40,638 nt of DNA from an uncultured Candidatus Saccharibacteria bacterium (GTDB lineage: Bacteria > Patescibacteriota > Minisyncoccia > Phycocordibacterales > DATDWN01): NCBI GenBank assembly GCA_964594005.1, contig CAZQKP010000001.1, positions 1 through 40,638 of the forward strand. Reading direction: 5' to 3'. Below the pieces are notes generated by a model. That model did not search any database, was not told the origin of the DNA, and saw nothing but the letters and a program-made list of their open reading frames with translations. Every line of letters begins with the position of its first letter. Position 1 is the stretch's first letter. Of the stretch, positions 23,923 through 31,617 are shown in pieces. A program made the position numbers and the translations under genes.

Positions 23923-25146
23923 ATGTCTCGTAAATCTGTCTTTATTTTAATATCTGCAATTCTAGGTTTATTTTTAATATGCTTGATTGCTTATTATTTT
24001 ATTCTTTTAGGGAATGGTGGAAGCACAAGCAACACTCCAAGTGTTTTTAAAAATTTTTTTCCATTTGGAGGAAACGATAATGTTACAGCCAATCCGCCAG
24101 GAACTACTACTAACCAAAATCCTCCCATAAACCCTCCGGCTGAAAATTTTACTCAAAAGCTTAGAGAATTATCCGCCGAACCAGTCTCAGGCGCTGGGAG
24201 TTTGGATCTAAAAGCTGGCACAATTGTGCGTTACATTGAAAAAGCAACTGGTCATATTTATGAGGTGGAAATGTTTTCTCCAAACAAGACCAGGATATCC
24301 AACACAACCCTACCGCTGGTTTATGATGCACAATGGGGCAATAAAAATAATTCCTTAATTGCCAGGTATTTAAAAGACGACAATGAAACAGTAGACACCT
24401 ATGGTTTAACCCTTAAAAACTCGACCAGTACAGATAGTACGGTCTCGGGCACCCCTTTTCCAAAGAATATTTCAGATGTTTCCGTGTTTGATACAAGTGT
24501 GTTTTATCTGGTAGTAACACCGGACAACTCTTCTGGGTTTGTTTCCACCTTTGCGGGAGGACAAAAGAAACAGATTTGGAACTCCCCAATTACTGAACTC
24601 AACTCTCAATTTGTGAACTCTAAAACAGTAGCCCTTAACACCAAACCTTACCCTGGCATTCCGGGTTATCTCTATTTAGTCGATACAGGCACAGGTGGGG
24701 TTAAAAAAGTTTTGGGTGATGTTAATGGTCTTTCTACTTTAGTTAGCCCGGACGTAGCCCAAATAATTTATTTAAGCCAAGATAACATTGCCAAAATGTC
24801 TATTTGGAGTTCCAAAAGTAAAGCCTCAACCGATATAAGCCCCGCTACATTCCCAGAAAAATGTGTCTGGAGTAAAAAAAATACACAATTTGTTTATTGC
24901 GCCGTGCCTAAAAGGATTATTGGCCCAAATACATTAATCAATTGGTATCAGGGTTTGGAAGAAGAAAGTGATGATATTTGGAAATATGATTTAAAAACCA
25001 ATACCTCCGCCATTATAGAAAATCTCTCCACAGACGCTCGAGTAGACATTGATGTGATAAAACCATTTCTCTCTCAAAATGAACAATACCTAGTGTTTAT
25101 GAATAAAATTGATAATAGCTTGTGGAGTTTGGATTTGACCAAATAG
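23923..25146 (+). CDS. Hypothetical membrane-anchored protein, probably beta-propeller-like
   Basis: TM anchor VFILISAILGLFLICLIAYYFILL, a Pro/Asn/Thr linker, then about 330 aa of beta-rich sequence. ATG at 23923 lies 1 nt after the previous stop. Confidence 0.65.
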   Translation: MSRKSVFILISAILGLFLICLIAYYFILLGNGGSTSNTPSVFKNFFPFGGNDNVTANPPGTTTNQNPPINPPAENFTQKLRELSAEPVSGAGSLDLKAGTIVRYIEKATGHIYEVEMFSPNKTRISNTTLPLVYDAQWGNKNNSLIARYLKDDNETVDTYGLTLKNSTSTDSTVSGTPFPKNISDVSVFDTSVFYLVVTPDNSSGFVSTFAGGQKKQIWNSPITELNSQFVNSKTVALNTKPYPGIPGYLYLVDTGTGGVKKVLGDVNGLSTLVSPDVAQIIYLSQDNIAKMSIWSSKSKASTDISPATFPEKCVWSKKNTQFVYCAVPKRIIGPNTLINWYQGLEEESDDIWKYDLKTNTSAIIENLSTDARVDIDVIKPFLSQNEQYLVFMNKIDNSLWSLDLTK

Positions 25147-25863
25147 TTACTCGACTAAAACAGCTGTGTGGTATTTTTTTCGAATATAATATTCTTGGGC
25201 AATTGCAAATATGTTACTGGTGATTAGATAGAGGGCAACTGCAGAGGAAATAGTATAAGCAATTAACGCCATAAAAAAGGGGAAGAAGTATTTCATCTGC
25301 ATGGACATTGCTCGGGCAAAGTCACCCTGTTCACCAGAGTTTTGGGTGGGGTTGGCAAGGCTAATTTGGAAGTAGGTGGATATGCCAGCGATAGCAGCCA
25401 AAATAATACTCTTTTGAGATATATTTATTAAATTTAGAAAGGCCATGTTAATTGAAGCTGGGGGAGAAACAAAAGAGTAAAGTAAGCCCAAGTTAATTTG
25501 GGGCAAACCAGAGCGAATAAAAACCCGATACAAGCCAATTAAAATTGGCAGCTGAATAATTAGAATCAGAAAACCTGCAAGGGGATTTATGCCACGCTCC
25601 TTGTAATATTCCATCGTAGCTCTAGCTTGTTCCTCCTTATTGTCCTTATATTTCTCTTTAATTTTAGCTAAATCTTTTTCAGTCGTTTTCATTTCGATCT
25701 GGGCTTTGGAAGCCTTGATTGAAAGTGGTAAAAGAATCACCTTAATAATAATAGTAAAGATTATTATGATTATTCCGGCGTCAAAAAAAGGCAGGATTTT
25801 CATTAAAACAATAAAACCGTTGTACAGGGGTTTGGAGATAAGTGCACTAAATATAGCCGACAT
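25147..25863 (-). CDS. yidC: YidC/Oxa1-family membrane protein insertase (short form)
   Basis: LYNGFIVLMKILPFFDAGIIIIIFTIIIKVILLPLSIKASKAQ and ...NPLAGFLILIIQLPILIGLY are conserved YidC core motifs. Canonical position next to rnpA. Confidence 0.9.
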   Translation of the reverse strand: MSAIFSALISKPLYNGFIVLMKILPFFDAGIIIIIFTIIIKVILLPLSIKASKAQIEMKTTEKDLAKIKEKYKDNKEEQARATMEYYKERGINPLAGFLILIIQLPILIGLYRVFIRSGLPQINLGLLYSFVSPPASINMAFLNLINISQKSIILAAIAGISTYFQISLANPTQNSGEQGDFARAMSMQMKYFFPFFMALIAYTISSAVALYLITSNIFAIAQEYYIRKKYHTAVLVE

Positions 25864-25868
25864 GGGCT

Positions 25869-26210
25869 TTATCTTATCACAGCTCCGGAATTAAGTAACT
25901 CCAGAATTTCCTCTTTGGATTTATTAAAAGTAAGTGGCTCACTATTTTTTTTAAATTGAAAAAATAAAAAGTATCCGGGCTTAACCTTATTCTCTAAACT
26001 AGTTATCACCTCGTAGCCCCATCTTCTTAATTTATTCCGTTTTACTGCGGAGTTTGAAATCTTTTTGGAAACAGAAAAAGAAAACTGGCTCGGCTTTTCC
26101 ACTTTTTGCCTGCTTAAATACAAAAGAAGGTGTTTGGAGTTAATTTTTTTATTATGAGAAAGAATATAAGGAAAAATTTCCCTGTCTATTCTTCTTTTTT
26201 TGGATAGCAT
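25869..26210 (-). CDS. rnpA: Ribonuclease P protein component
   Basis: SFSVSKKISNSAVKRNKLRRWGYEVI matches the RNase P protein RNR-type motif; it lies between rpmH and yidC. Confidence 0.88.
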   Translation of the reverse strand: MLSKKRRIDREIFPYILSHNKKINSKHLLLYLSRQKVEKPSQFSFSVSKKISNSAVKRNKLRRWGYEVITSLENKVKPGYFLFFQFKKNSEPLTFNKSKEEILELLNSGAVIR

Positions 26211-26218
26211 AACTAAAT

Positions 26219-26362
26219 TTATCTACCTGAGACCGAGAGCTTTTTTCGGCCCTTTCTCCTGCGTCGCAATAGGGTATTTTGACCGTACTTGGATTTGGAT
26301 CTAACCAAAAAACCATGCGTTTTTGCTCTTTTTCTTTTCTTGGGATTATAAGTTTTTGACAT
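26219..26362 (-). CDS. rpmH: 50S ribosomal protein L34 (not in the ORF track; 47 aa)
   Basis: The reverse strand translates to [47 protein letters not shown], then TAA. Classic L34 in the canonical rpmH-rnpA-yidC order. Confidence 0.93.
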   Translation of the reverse strand: MSKTYNPKKRKRAKTHGFLVRSKSKYGQNTLLRRRRKGRKKLSVSGR

Positions 26363-26480
26363 ATGTTATAAAATTCATCTAATTTTCACTGTAAACAATT
26401 TATACACATATTATTAACATAAGAGTAGCTTTCCGGCAACTATCTACTTTATTTATTATAGATATAATTCTTAGAACAAT
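26363..26480. promoter_or_regulatory. Divergent rpmH / dnaA control region, possibly part of oriC
   Basis: 118-nt AT-rich spacer between divergent rpmH and dnaA. One near-consensus DnaA box, TTATACACA, at 26400-26408. Confidence 0.4.
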
Positions 26481-27047
26481 ATGGATAATAAAAAACTCTG
26501 GGACAGCGTTTTGGTCGAAATGGAACTTTCTCTCTCAAAGCCTAATTTCAACACCTGGTTTAAGGATACAGCAATTGTAAGACTTGATGGTAGCACTGTT
26601 TATCTGGGTGTACCTAATACGTTTGTTCAGGACTGGCTGTCCAGTAAATTCCACAACTCTATTCTAAAAGTATTAAGATCGCTCGCCGGCAATGTCCAGT
26701 CACTACAGTATGTAATCCATAAAGAAGATGGAGGGCATCATGTTGAGCCCAAAATATTACCTATTACCAGAGAGCTGCCGATTGCCGATACATATATTAA
26801 CAAAGAAGACGGACTCAACCCCCGCTACACCTTTGAAACATTTATTGTGGGACCGTTCAATGAATTTGCCTATGCTGCAAGCCAAGCAGTTATAAACAAA
26901 CCAGGTATTGTTTATAATCCACTCTTTATTTATGGTGGCACTGGACATGGCAAGACCCACCTAATCCAAGCTGTGGGAAATTTTCTAAAAAACGCGAGCG
27001 GCCGAAAGGTTTTTTACACCACTTCTGAAAAATTTGCCCATAAGTAA
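26481..27047 (+). CDS. dnaA: DnaA, N-terminal segment (domains I-II and Walker A), ending at an in-frame TAA
   Basis: LWDSVLVEMELSLSKPNFNTWF..., NPRYTFETFIVG, NPLFIYGGTGHGKTHL (Walker A). Stops at 27045-27047 inside the conserved SEKF..(F/Y).NAI.. segment. Confidence 0.85.
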   Translation: MDNKKLWDSVLVEMELSLSKPNFNTWFKDTAIVRLDGSTVYLGVPNTFVQDWLSSKFHNSILKVLRSLAGNVQSLQYVIHKEDGGHHVEPKILPITRELPIADTYINKEDGLNPRYTFETFIVGPFNEFAYAASQAVINKPGIVYNPLFIYGGTGHGKTHLIQAVGNFLKNASGRKVFYTTSEKFAHK

Positions 27048-27116
27048 AAAAATGCAATCCAACTTAATAAACCCAATCTTTTTAAAGGAAAATAACGCAA
27101 ATACGATGTTTTAATT

Positions 27117-27815
27117 ATGGATGATATCCAATTTTTCTCTGGCAAGGCCAAGGTGCAGGAGGAATTATTCCATCTTTTTAACCACCTCTATGACAACAAT
27201 AAGCAAATTATCTTTTCCTCGGACAAACACCCGGGATTAATTCAAGACCTAGAGGAAAGACTGAAATCTCGTTTTAGTGCTGGCATGGTAATTGACATTC
27301 CGGCGCCAGACAACGAGTCCCGTGCCGCAATAATAAGATCTAAATCAACCAATTCTGCCTTTCCACCATCGAAAGAAACTATTGATTACCTAGCTTATTC
27401 AGTGGTCGGCAACATTAGAGAGCTAGAAGGCATAATAAATTTCATTAATGCCCAAGCTCAACTAAGAAACAGGGAAGTTTCTATAACTGAAATAAAAAAT
27501 TATGTTAAAAATAATGCGCGACCCAAAAAACTTGTCTCACCCAAGGAGGTGGTCAAAACCGTGGCAGATTTTTATAACATTGAGGAACAACTGATTTATG
27601 ACAAAACCAGAAAAAAAGAAATTATTAAGCCGCGTCAAATAATTATGTACATTCTGCGAGAAGACTTTAACATTTCTTACCCCGCGATTGGTGAGAAGTT
27701 GGGAGGTAGAGACCACACTACCGTTATGCACTCCTGCGAAAAAATAAAAAATGATATGAAAGCGGACGAAGCTTTAATTCAAGAGATCAATCAGTTACGC
27801 TCTGTCTTTGTGTAA
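27117..27815 (+). CDS. dnaA: DnaA, C-terminal segment (Walker B, sensors, domain IV), in the same frame as 26481-27047
   Basis: (VLI)MDDIQFFSGKAKVQEELFHLFN (Walker B), IIFSSDKHP, RLKSRFSAGMVIDIPAPD, and domain IV IIMYILREDFNISYPAIGEKLGGRDHTTVMHSCEKI. 27117-26481 = 636, which is divisible by 3. Confidence 0.85.
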   Translation: MDDIQFFSGKAKVQEELFHLFNHLYDNNKQIIFSSDKHPGLIQDLEERLKSRFSAGMVIDIPAPDNESRAAIIRSKSTNSAFPPSKETIDYLAYSVVGNIRELEGIINFINAQAQLRNREVSITEIKNYVKNNARPKKLVSPKEVVKTVADFYNIEEQLIYDKTRKKEIIKPRQIIMYILREDFNISYPAIGEKLGGRDHTTVMHSCEKIKNDMKADEALIQEINQLRSVFV

Positions 27816-28032
27816 AAACTTCTGTATAACTTGTTAATTCAATAAAAAAAAATGTGAATAAAGAAATAAAACCTGGGGAAGAAAAATACAAAAATGAAGT
27901 TGTTATGAAGCTGTCCACACCAAAACGGAATAAAAAATTGCCAAAAAACAAACTAGATTATGAAAATTTTATGAACTATCCCCATATCCACATCCCTAAT
28001 AGTGCTTTTGTTTTAAATAAAAAATAAATACT
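27816..28032. promoter_or_regulatory. dnaA-dnaN intergenic DnaA-box cluster (candidate oriC)
   Basis: 217-nt AT-rich spacer with TGTGAATAA (27853-27861, 1 mismatch), CTGTCCACA (27911-27919, 2 mismatches), CTATCCCCA (27976-27984, 2 mismatches) and ATATCCACA (27984-27992, 1 mismatch), compared with TTATCCACA. Confidence 0.5.
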
Positions 28033-29130
28033 ATGAATATTGAGTGTATAAAAGAAAAGTTGGTTTACGCGGTGAGCAAAGCCGAAAAAATTACAGGTAA
28101 AAACATTACATTGCCAGTTTTGAATTGTCTACTTTTGGAAGCTGATAAGACCAATCTCAAAATCAAGGCTACCAACTTGGATCTTGGTATTGAAATTAAT
28201 TTACCAGTTAAAGTGATAAAACCAGGTAGAGTAGCAGTACCAGGCCAGGTTTTATATAATTTCATCTCAAATTTAACCAATGATAAGAATATTACTCTGG
28301 AAGTTGTGGATAATAACTTGAAGATTGAAACAAAACATTCTAAGTCCCTCATAAAAACTCAACCAGTAGATGACTTCCCTAATATCCCAAGGGTTTCTGG
28401 TACACCATTTACACTTAATTCGCCATCACTTTTGAGGGGATTAAAATCAGTTATGTACAGTGCCTCTGTCTCATCCATACGGCCAGTTCTCTCTAGTATC
28501 CTGGTCTCCTCCGAAGAAGATAGTGTGATTTTTGTTGCAACCGACTCGTTTAGATTGGCAGAAAAGAAATTGCCGGTTAAAAAACACAAAGAATTCACTC
28601 AAATATTAATTCCATTTAAAAATGTAGGAGATATTGTGAGATCTCTGGAAGATATTAAAGAAGATGTGGAGGTCAGTTTAAACGATAACCAGATCTCTTT
28701 TGTGTTTAATGACCTGTATCTGACATCTAGAGTTATAGATGGGGTATTTCCGGATTACAAACAGATCGTGCCTAAAGAAACAAAAACAGAAGTCGTTTTA
28801 CTAAAGCAGGATTTGGTAAGTTCTCTTAGAATTTCTAATATTTTTTCGGATAAATTTAGCCAAGTTGTTTTTTCAATCTCACCCAAAAATAAGACATTTA
28901 AGATTACCACCAAGAATATGGACATAGGCGAGAATACGAATACATTAGACGCTGTAATAAAAGGGGAGGAGCTTAATATTAGTTTCAATTACAAATACAT
29001 TATCGATTGTTTTAATTCTATTGATTCCGACAGTGTTTCACTTTCATTCTCGGATAACAATAAGCCCATGGTCATAAAAGGAGTTTCCGATAAGTCCTTT
29101 CTCTATTTAGTTATGCCAATGAATAAATAA
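28033..29130 (+). CDS. dnaN: DNA polymerase III beta sliding clamp
   Basis: 365 aa with LPVLNCLLLEA..LKIKATNLDLGIE, ATDSFRLAEK and a PMVIKG...LYLVMPMN C-terminus. Canonical position after dnaA. Confidence 0.93.
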   Translation: MNIECIKEKLVYAVSKAEKITGKNITLPVLNCLLLEADKTNLKIKATNLDLGIEINLPVKVIKPGRVAVPGQVLYNFISNLTNDKNITLEVVDNNLKIETKHSKSLIKTQPVDDFPNIPRVSGTPFTLNSPSLLRGLKSVMYSASVSSIRPVLSSILVSSEEDSVIFVATDSFRLAEKKLPVKKHKEFTQILIPFKNVGDIVRSLEDIKEDVEVSLNDNQISFVFNDLYLTSRVIDGVFPDYKQIVPKETKTEVVLLKQDLVSSLRISNIFSDKFSQVVFSISPKNKTFKITTKNMDIGENTNTLDAVIKGEELNISFNYKYIIDCFNSIDSDSVSLSFSDNNKPMVIKGVSDKSFLYLVMPMNK

Positions 29131-29131
29131 A

Positions 29132-29389
29132 ATGTTGGACGACATTTCTAAGTATTTAAAAAAATTCTCGAAAAATATAGAAGATAACGAAGGAAATAAA
29201 AGTAAGATAATTGAAATAATAAAACAAAACACAGGGGTAGAAGTATTCAAAGAAAATATAGAGATAAAAAATAATGTTCTCTATGTGAAAATCTCTCCTG
29301 CGGGAAGGAACACAATTTTTATTAACAAAAGATCAATTTTAGAAGGTATTAAAGCTTACACCCAGCTTGCAATTCTAGATATTAAATAG
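29132..29389 (+). CDS. Small DUF721/DciA-like protein (tentative)
   Basis: 85 aa immediately after dnaN. ENIEIKNNVLYVKISPAGRNTIFINKRSILEGIK fits the DUF721 pattern (L.V.v.s..w..el......il..l). Confidence 0.4.
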   Translation: MLDDISKYLKKFSKNIEDNEGNKSKIIEIIKQNTGVEVFKENIEIKNNVLYVKISPAGRNTIFINKRSILEGIKAYTQLAILDIK

Positions 29390-31567
29390 CTATTGGAAGC
29401 CGTTTTGCTCGGCCCAAAGTCGAACTTGGTACTCCCATCTTTCAAATTGAGGATCATCGGCTGGATTTGTGGGTTGTGCCCCACGAGGGTTGTCTTTGTC
29501 TAGCCAATATAAGATAGAATGAACACCCCCAATCAATATTTCCTGTGGAGTATTGGAGGCTGAGAGGTCAATTCCTGGAGGCAAATTAGAAATTCCACCT
29601 TGCCATTTGCCTCGTAAGGCCGGTTTTAAGTCTGTGGTGTTTTCAACCACTGGTTTAATAAATGACTCTGATGGCACAGCTTTTAAGGCTTCGTCCATGA
29701 ATGCACGCCACATGGGGGCCACAATTAAACCTGAGACTTTTTTGGCCATGGGGGTGTTGTCGTTATTCCCGGCCCAAGTACCAACTACAATATTTGGGGT
29801 ATAACCAATTGTCCAAGCATCACGGTAATCGTTGGTAGTACCAGTTTTAACCGCTACATCTTGATTTGAGAAATAGATAACTGAATTAGGACCATATAGT
29901 GGAGTTCGGGCGACATTATCTGAGAGAATATCTGAAATCTTTCTTGTGATTTCAGGGTCTAAGACTTGGCTTGGGTTAGGGGTAAGTTCCTCCAAAACAT
30001 TGCCGTTTTTATCTTCCACCCGCAAAATTGCAGTATATGGATTTCTTACCCCCTCCGTGGCAAAAACACCATATGCAGAAGTCATATCAAGAAGAGATAC
30101 TTCGCCACCTCCCAAAACCAGAGTTAGGCCATAGGTATTTGGATCACCCAGACTTTGAATTCCCATACTTTCGGCAAGTTCCACGGAATCCCTTATGCCC
30201 GCTAGATATAAAACCTTAACTGATGGTACGTTAATTGATTGGGCGAGGGCATTGCGCAGGGTCATCGGCCCTCTAAATTTATCGTCGTAGTTTTTAGGCG
30301 AATAGCAGTCGCCATCACTTGTAAGATTATCTTGTGGACACTTAACTGAAAATTGAGTTGGTACATCAAACAAAACTGTATCTGGTGTGTAGCCTTTTAT
30401 AAATGCTTCTGCATAAACGAAGGGCTTAAAAGTGGAGCCAGGTTGTCTGTGAGCAGTGGCAACATTAAAATTGCCATCTATTCCAGTATCAAAATAATCC
30501 CTTGAGCCGACCATGGTTAAGATCCCGCCCGTATTGGGGTCAATTGCTACGAATGCATCATTGGAACCGTTAAAGTTTTTCTCATTAGAGAGAGCGTATT
30601 TGTTTGCAATTGCTTCTGCTTTTGCCTCCAAATCATAATTTAAAGTAGTGATTACCTTGAGACCGCCTGATTCAAGTACATCCGCTCCATATTTTTTTTC
30701 CAAATAATCTTTCACAAACATTACAAAATGGGGGGCCTTAATTCCTCCCGAAATCTTGGGCTGGAATTCTACTTTTTCTTTTAGCGCTTGGTCATATTGT
30801 TCCTTGGTAATTTTGCCATCGTTTAACATCTCTTTTAAAACTAAATTTTTCCTCTCATCCAGGGCAGCTTTGTTTTTGCCATATGGCGAATAAAAAGTTG
30901 GGGCTTGAGGTATTGCTGCCAAATAAGCAGCTTGCGCCAGGCTCACACTTGCGGAACTAGTTGCAAAAAATGTTTGGGAAGCCTCCTCTACTCCGTATAT
31001 ACTGCCGCCGTAGGGGTTTTCATTTAAATAAATACTTAGAATTTGGTCTTTGGTTAGAACCTTGTCTAGCTTCAAAGCTAAAACTATTTCCTTTAATTTT
31101 CGGGCGGGGGTTTTGTCGTCAATTAAAATGGACTTTTTAACAACCTGTTGAGTGATGGTAGATCCACCTTGCGTAAAGTTTAAAGTTAAAAGGTCAACTA
31201 GTATCGCACGCAGGATTGCTAGGGGCCTAACACCAGAATTAGAGTAAAAAGTCTTGTCCTCAATTGAGATGCTGGCGTCTTTAATAAAAGGCGAGATATC
31301 TTCAATAGGTACAACTGTTCTGCGAGCCTTATTGTAGACATCGTAGAGTAGAATTTTTCCAGTACTGTCGTAAATTTTGGTGGACTGATCAACCTTTCTC
31401 TGCTCGATTGTATCTAAGGAAGGAATTTTAAATGTAGAAACCCAAATAAGTATAATGCCGGAGAGTACAATTAGGCAGGAGATAGCGAATATAATAATAT
31501 TGCGCCAGCCATGTTGTTTCAGTAGCTTTTCTATATAATTCAAGGATCGCGAAACCCATTTTTGCAT
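29390..31567 (-). CDS. Class A penicillin-binding protein (GT51 transglycosylase + transpeptidase)
   Basis: N-terminal TM, then EDKTFYSNSGV, GGSTITQQ and RKLKE (GT51). STFKP (SxxK), SIN (SxN) and KTGTTND (KTG) are the transpeptidase motifs. Confidence 0.93.
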   Translation of the reverse strand: MQKWVSRSLNYIEKLLKQHGWRNIIIFAISCLIVLSGIILIWVSTFKIPSLDTIEQRKVDQSTKIYDSTGKILLYDVYNKARRTVVPIEDISPFIKDASISIEDKTFYSNSGVRPLAILRAILVDLLTLNFTQGGSTITQQVVKKSILIDDKTPARKLKEIVLALKLDKVLTKDQILSIYLNENPYGGSIYGVEEASQTFFATSSASVSLAQAAYLAAIPQAPTFYSPYGKNKAALDERKNLVLKEMLNDGKITKEQYDQALKEKVEFQPKISGGIKAPHFVMFVKDYLEKKYGADVLESGGLKVITTLNYDLEAKAEAIANKYALSNEKNFNGSNDAFVAIDPNTGGILTMVGSRDYFDTGIDGNFNVATAHRQPGSTFKPFVYAEAFIKGYTPDTVLFDVPTQFSVKCPQDNLTSDGDCYSPKNYDDKFRGPMTLRNALAQSINVPSVKVLYLAGIRDSVELAESMGIQSLGDPNTYGLTLVLGGGEVSLLDMTSAYGVFATEGVRNPYTAILRVEDKNGNVLEELTPNPSQVLDPEITRKISDILSDNVARTPLYGPNSVIYFSNQDVAVKTGTTNDYRDAWTIGYTPNIVVGTWAGNNDNTPMAKKVSGLIVAPMWRAFMDEALKAVPSESFIKPVVENTTDLKPALRGKWQGGISNLPPGIDLSASNTPQEILIGGVHSILYWLDKDNPRGAQPTNPADDPQFERWEYQVRLWAEQNGFQ

Positions 31568-31617
31568 TTTCGTATTCTATCACAATTATGCTAGAGTAAT
31601 AATACCTAAAAATCACT

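Noticed and set aside
26481-27815. Global reassignment of TAA (for example TAA = Tyr), or an alternative code such as UGA = Gly (code 25), as the explanation for the dnaA stops.
   Set aside because: TAA terminates many genes here at sensible, family-typical lengths, with the next gene starting within a few nt (rpsO, dnaN, gatB, tyrS, virB4 and others). TGA and TAG also act as stops (for example 15345-15347 and 25144-25146). No other conserved gene shows internal stops, so the standard code 11 fits the window.
27905-28027. 40-aa ORF (MKLSTPKRNKKLPKNKLDYENFMNYPHIHIPNSAFVLNKK) in the dnaA-dnaN spacer.
   Set aside because: There is no SD, the composition is lysine/asparagine-rich and low in complexity as expected from AT-rich DNA, and it overlaps the DnaA-box cluster. 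It is more likely non-coding oriC sequence.
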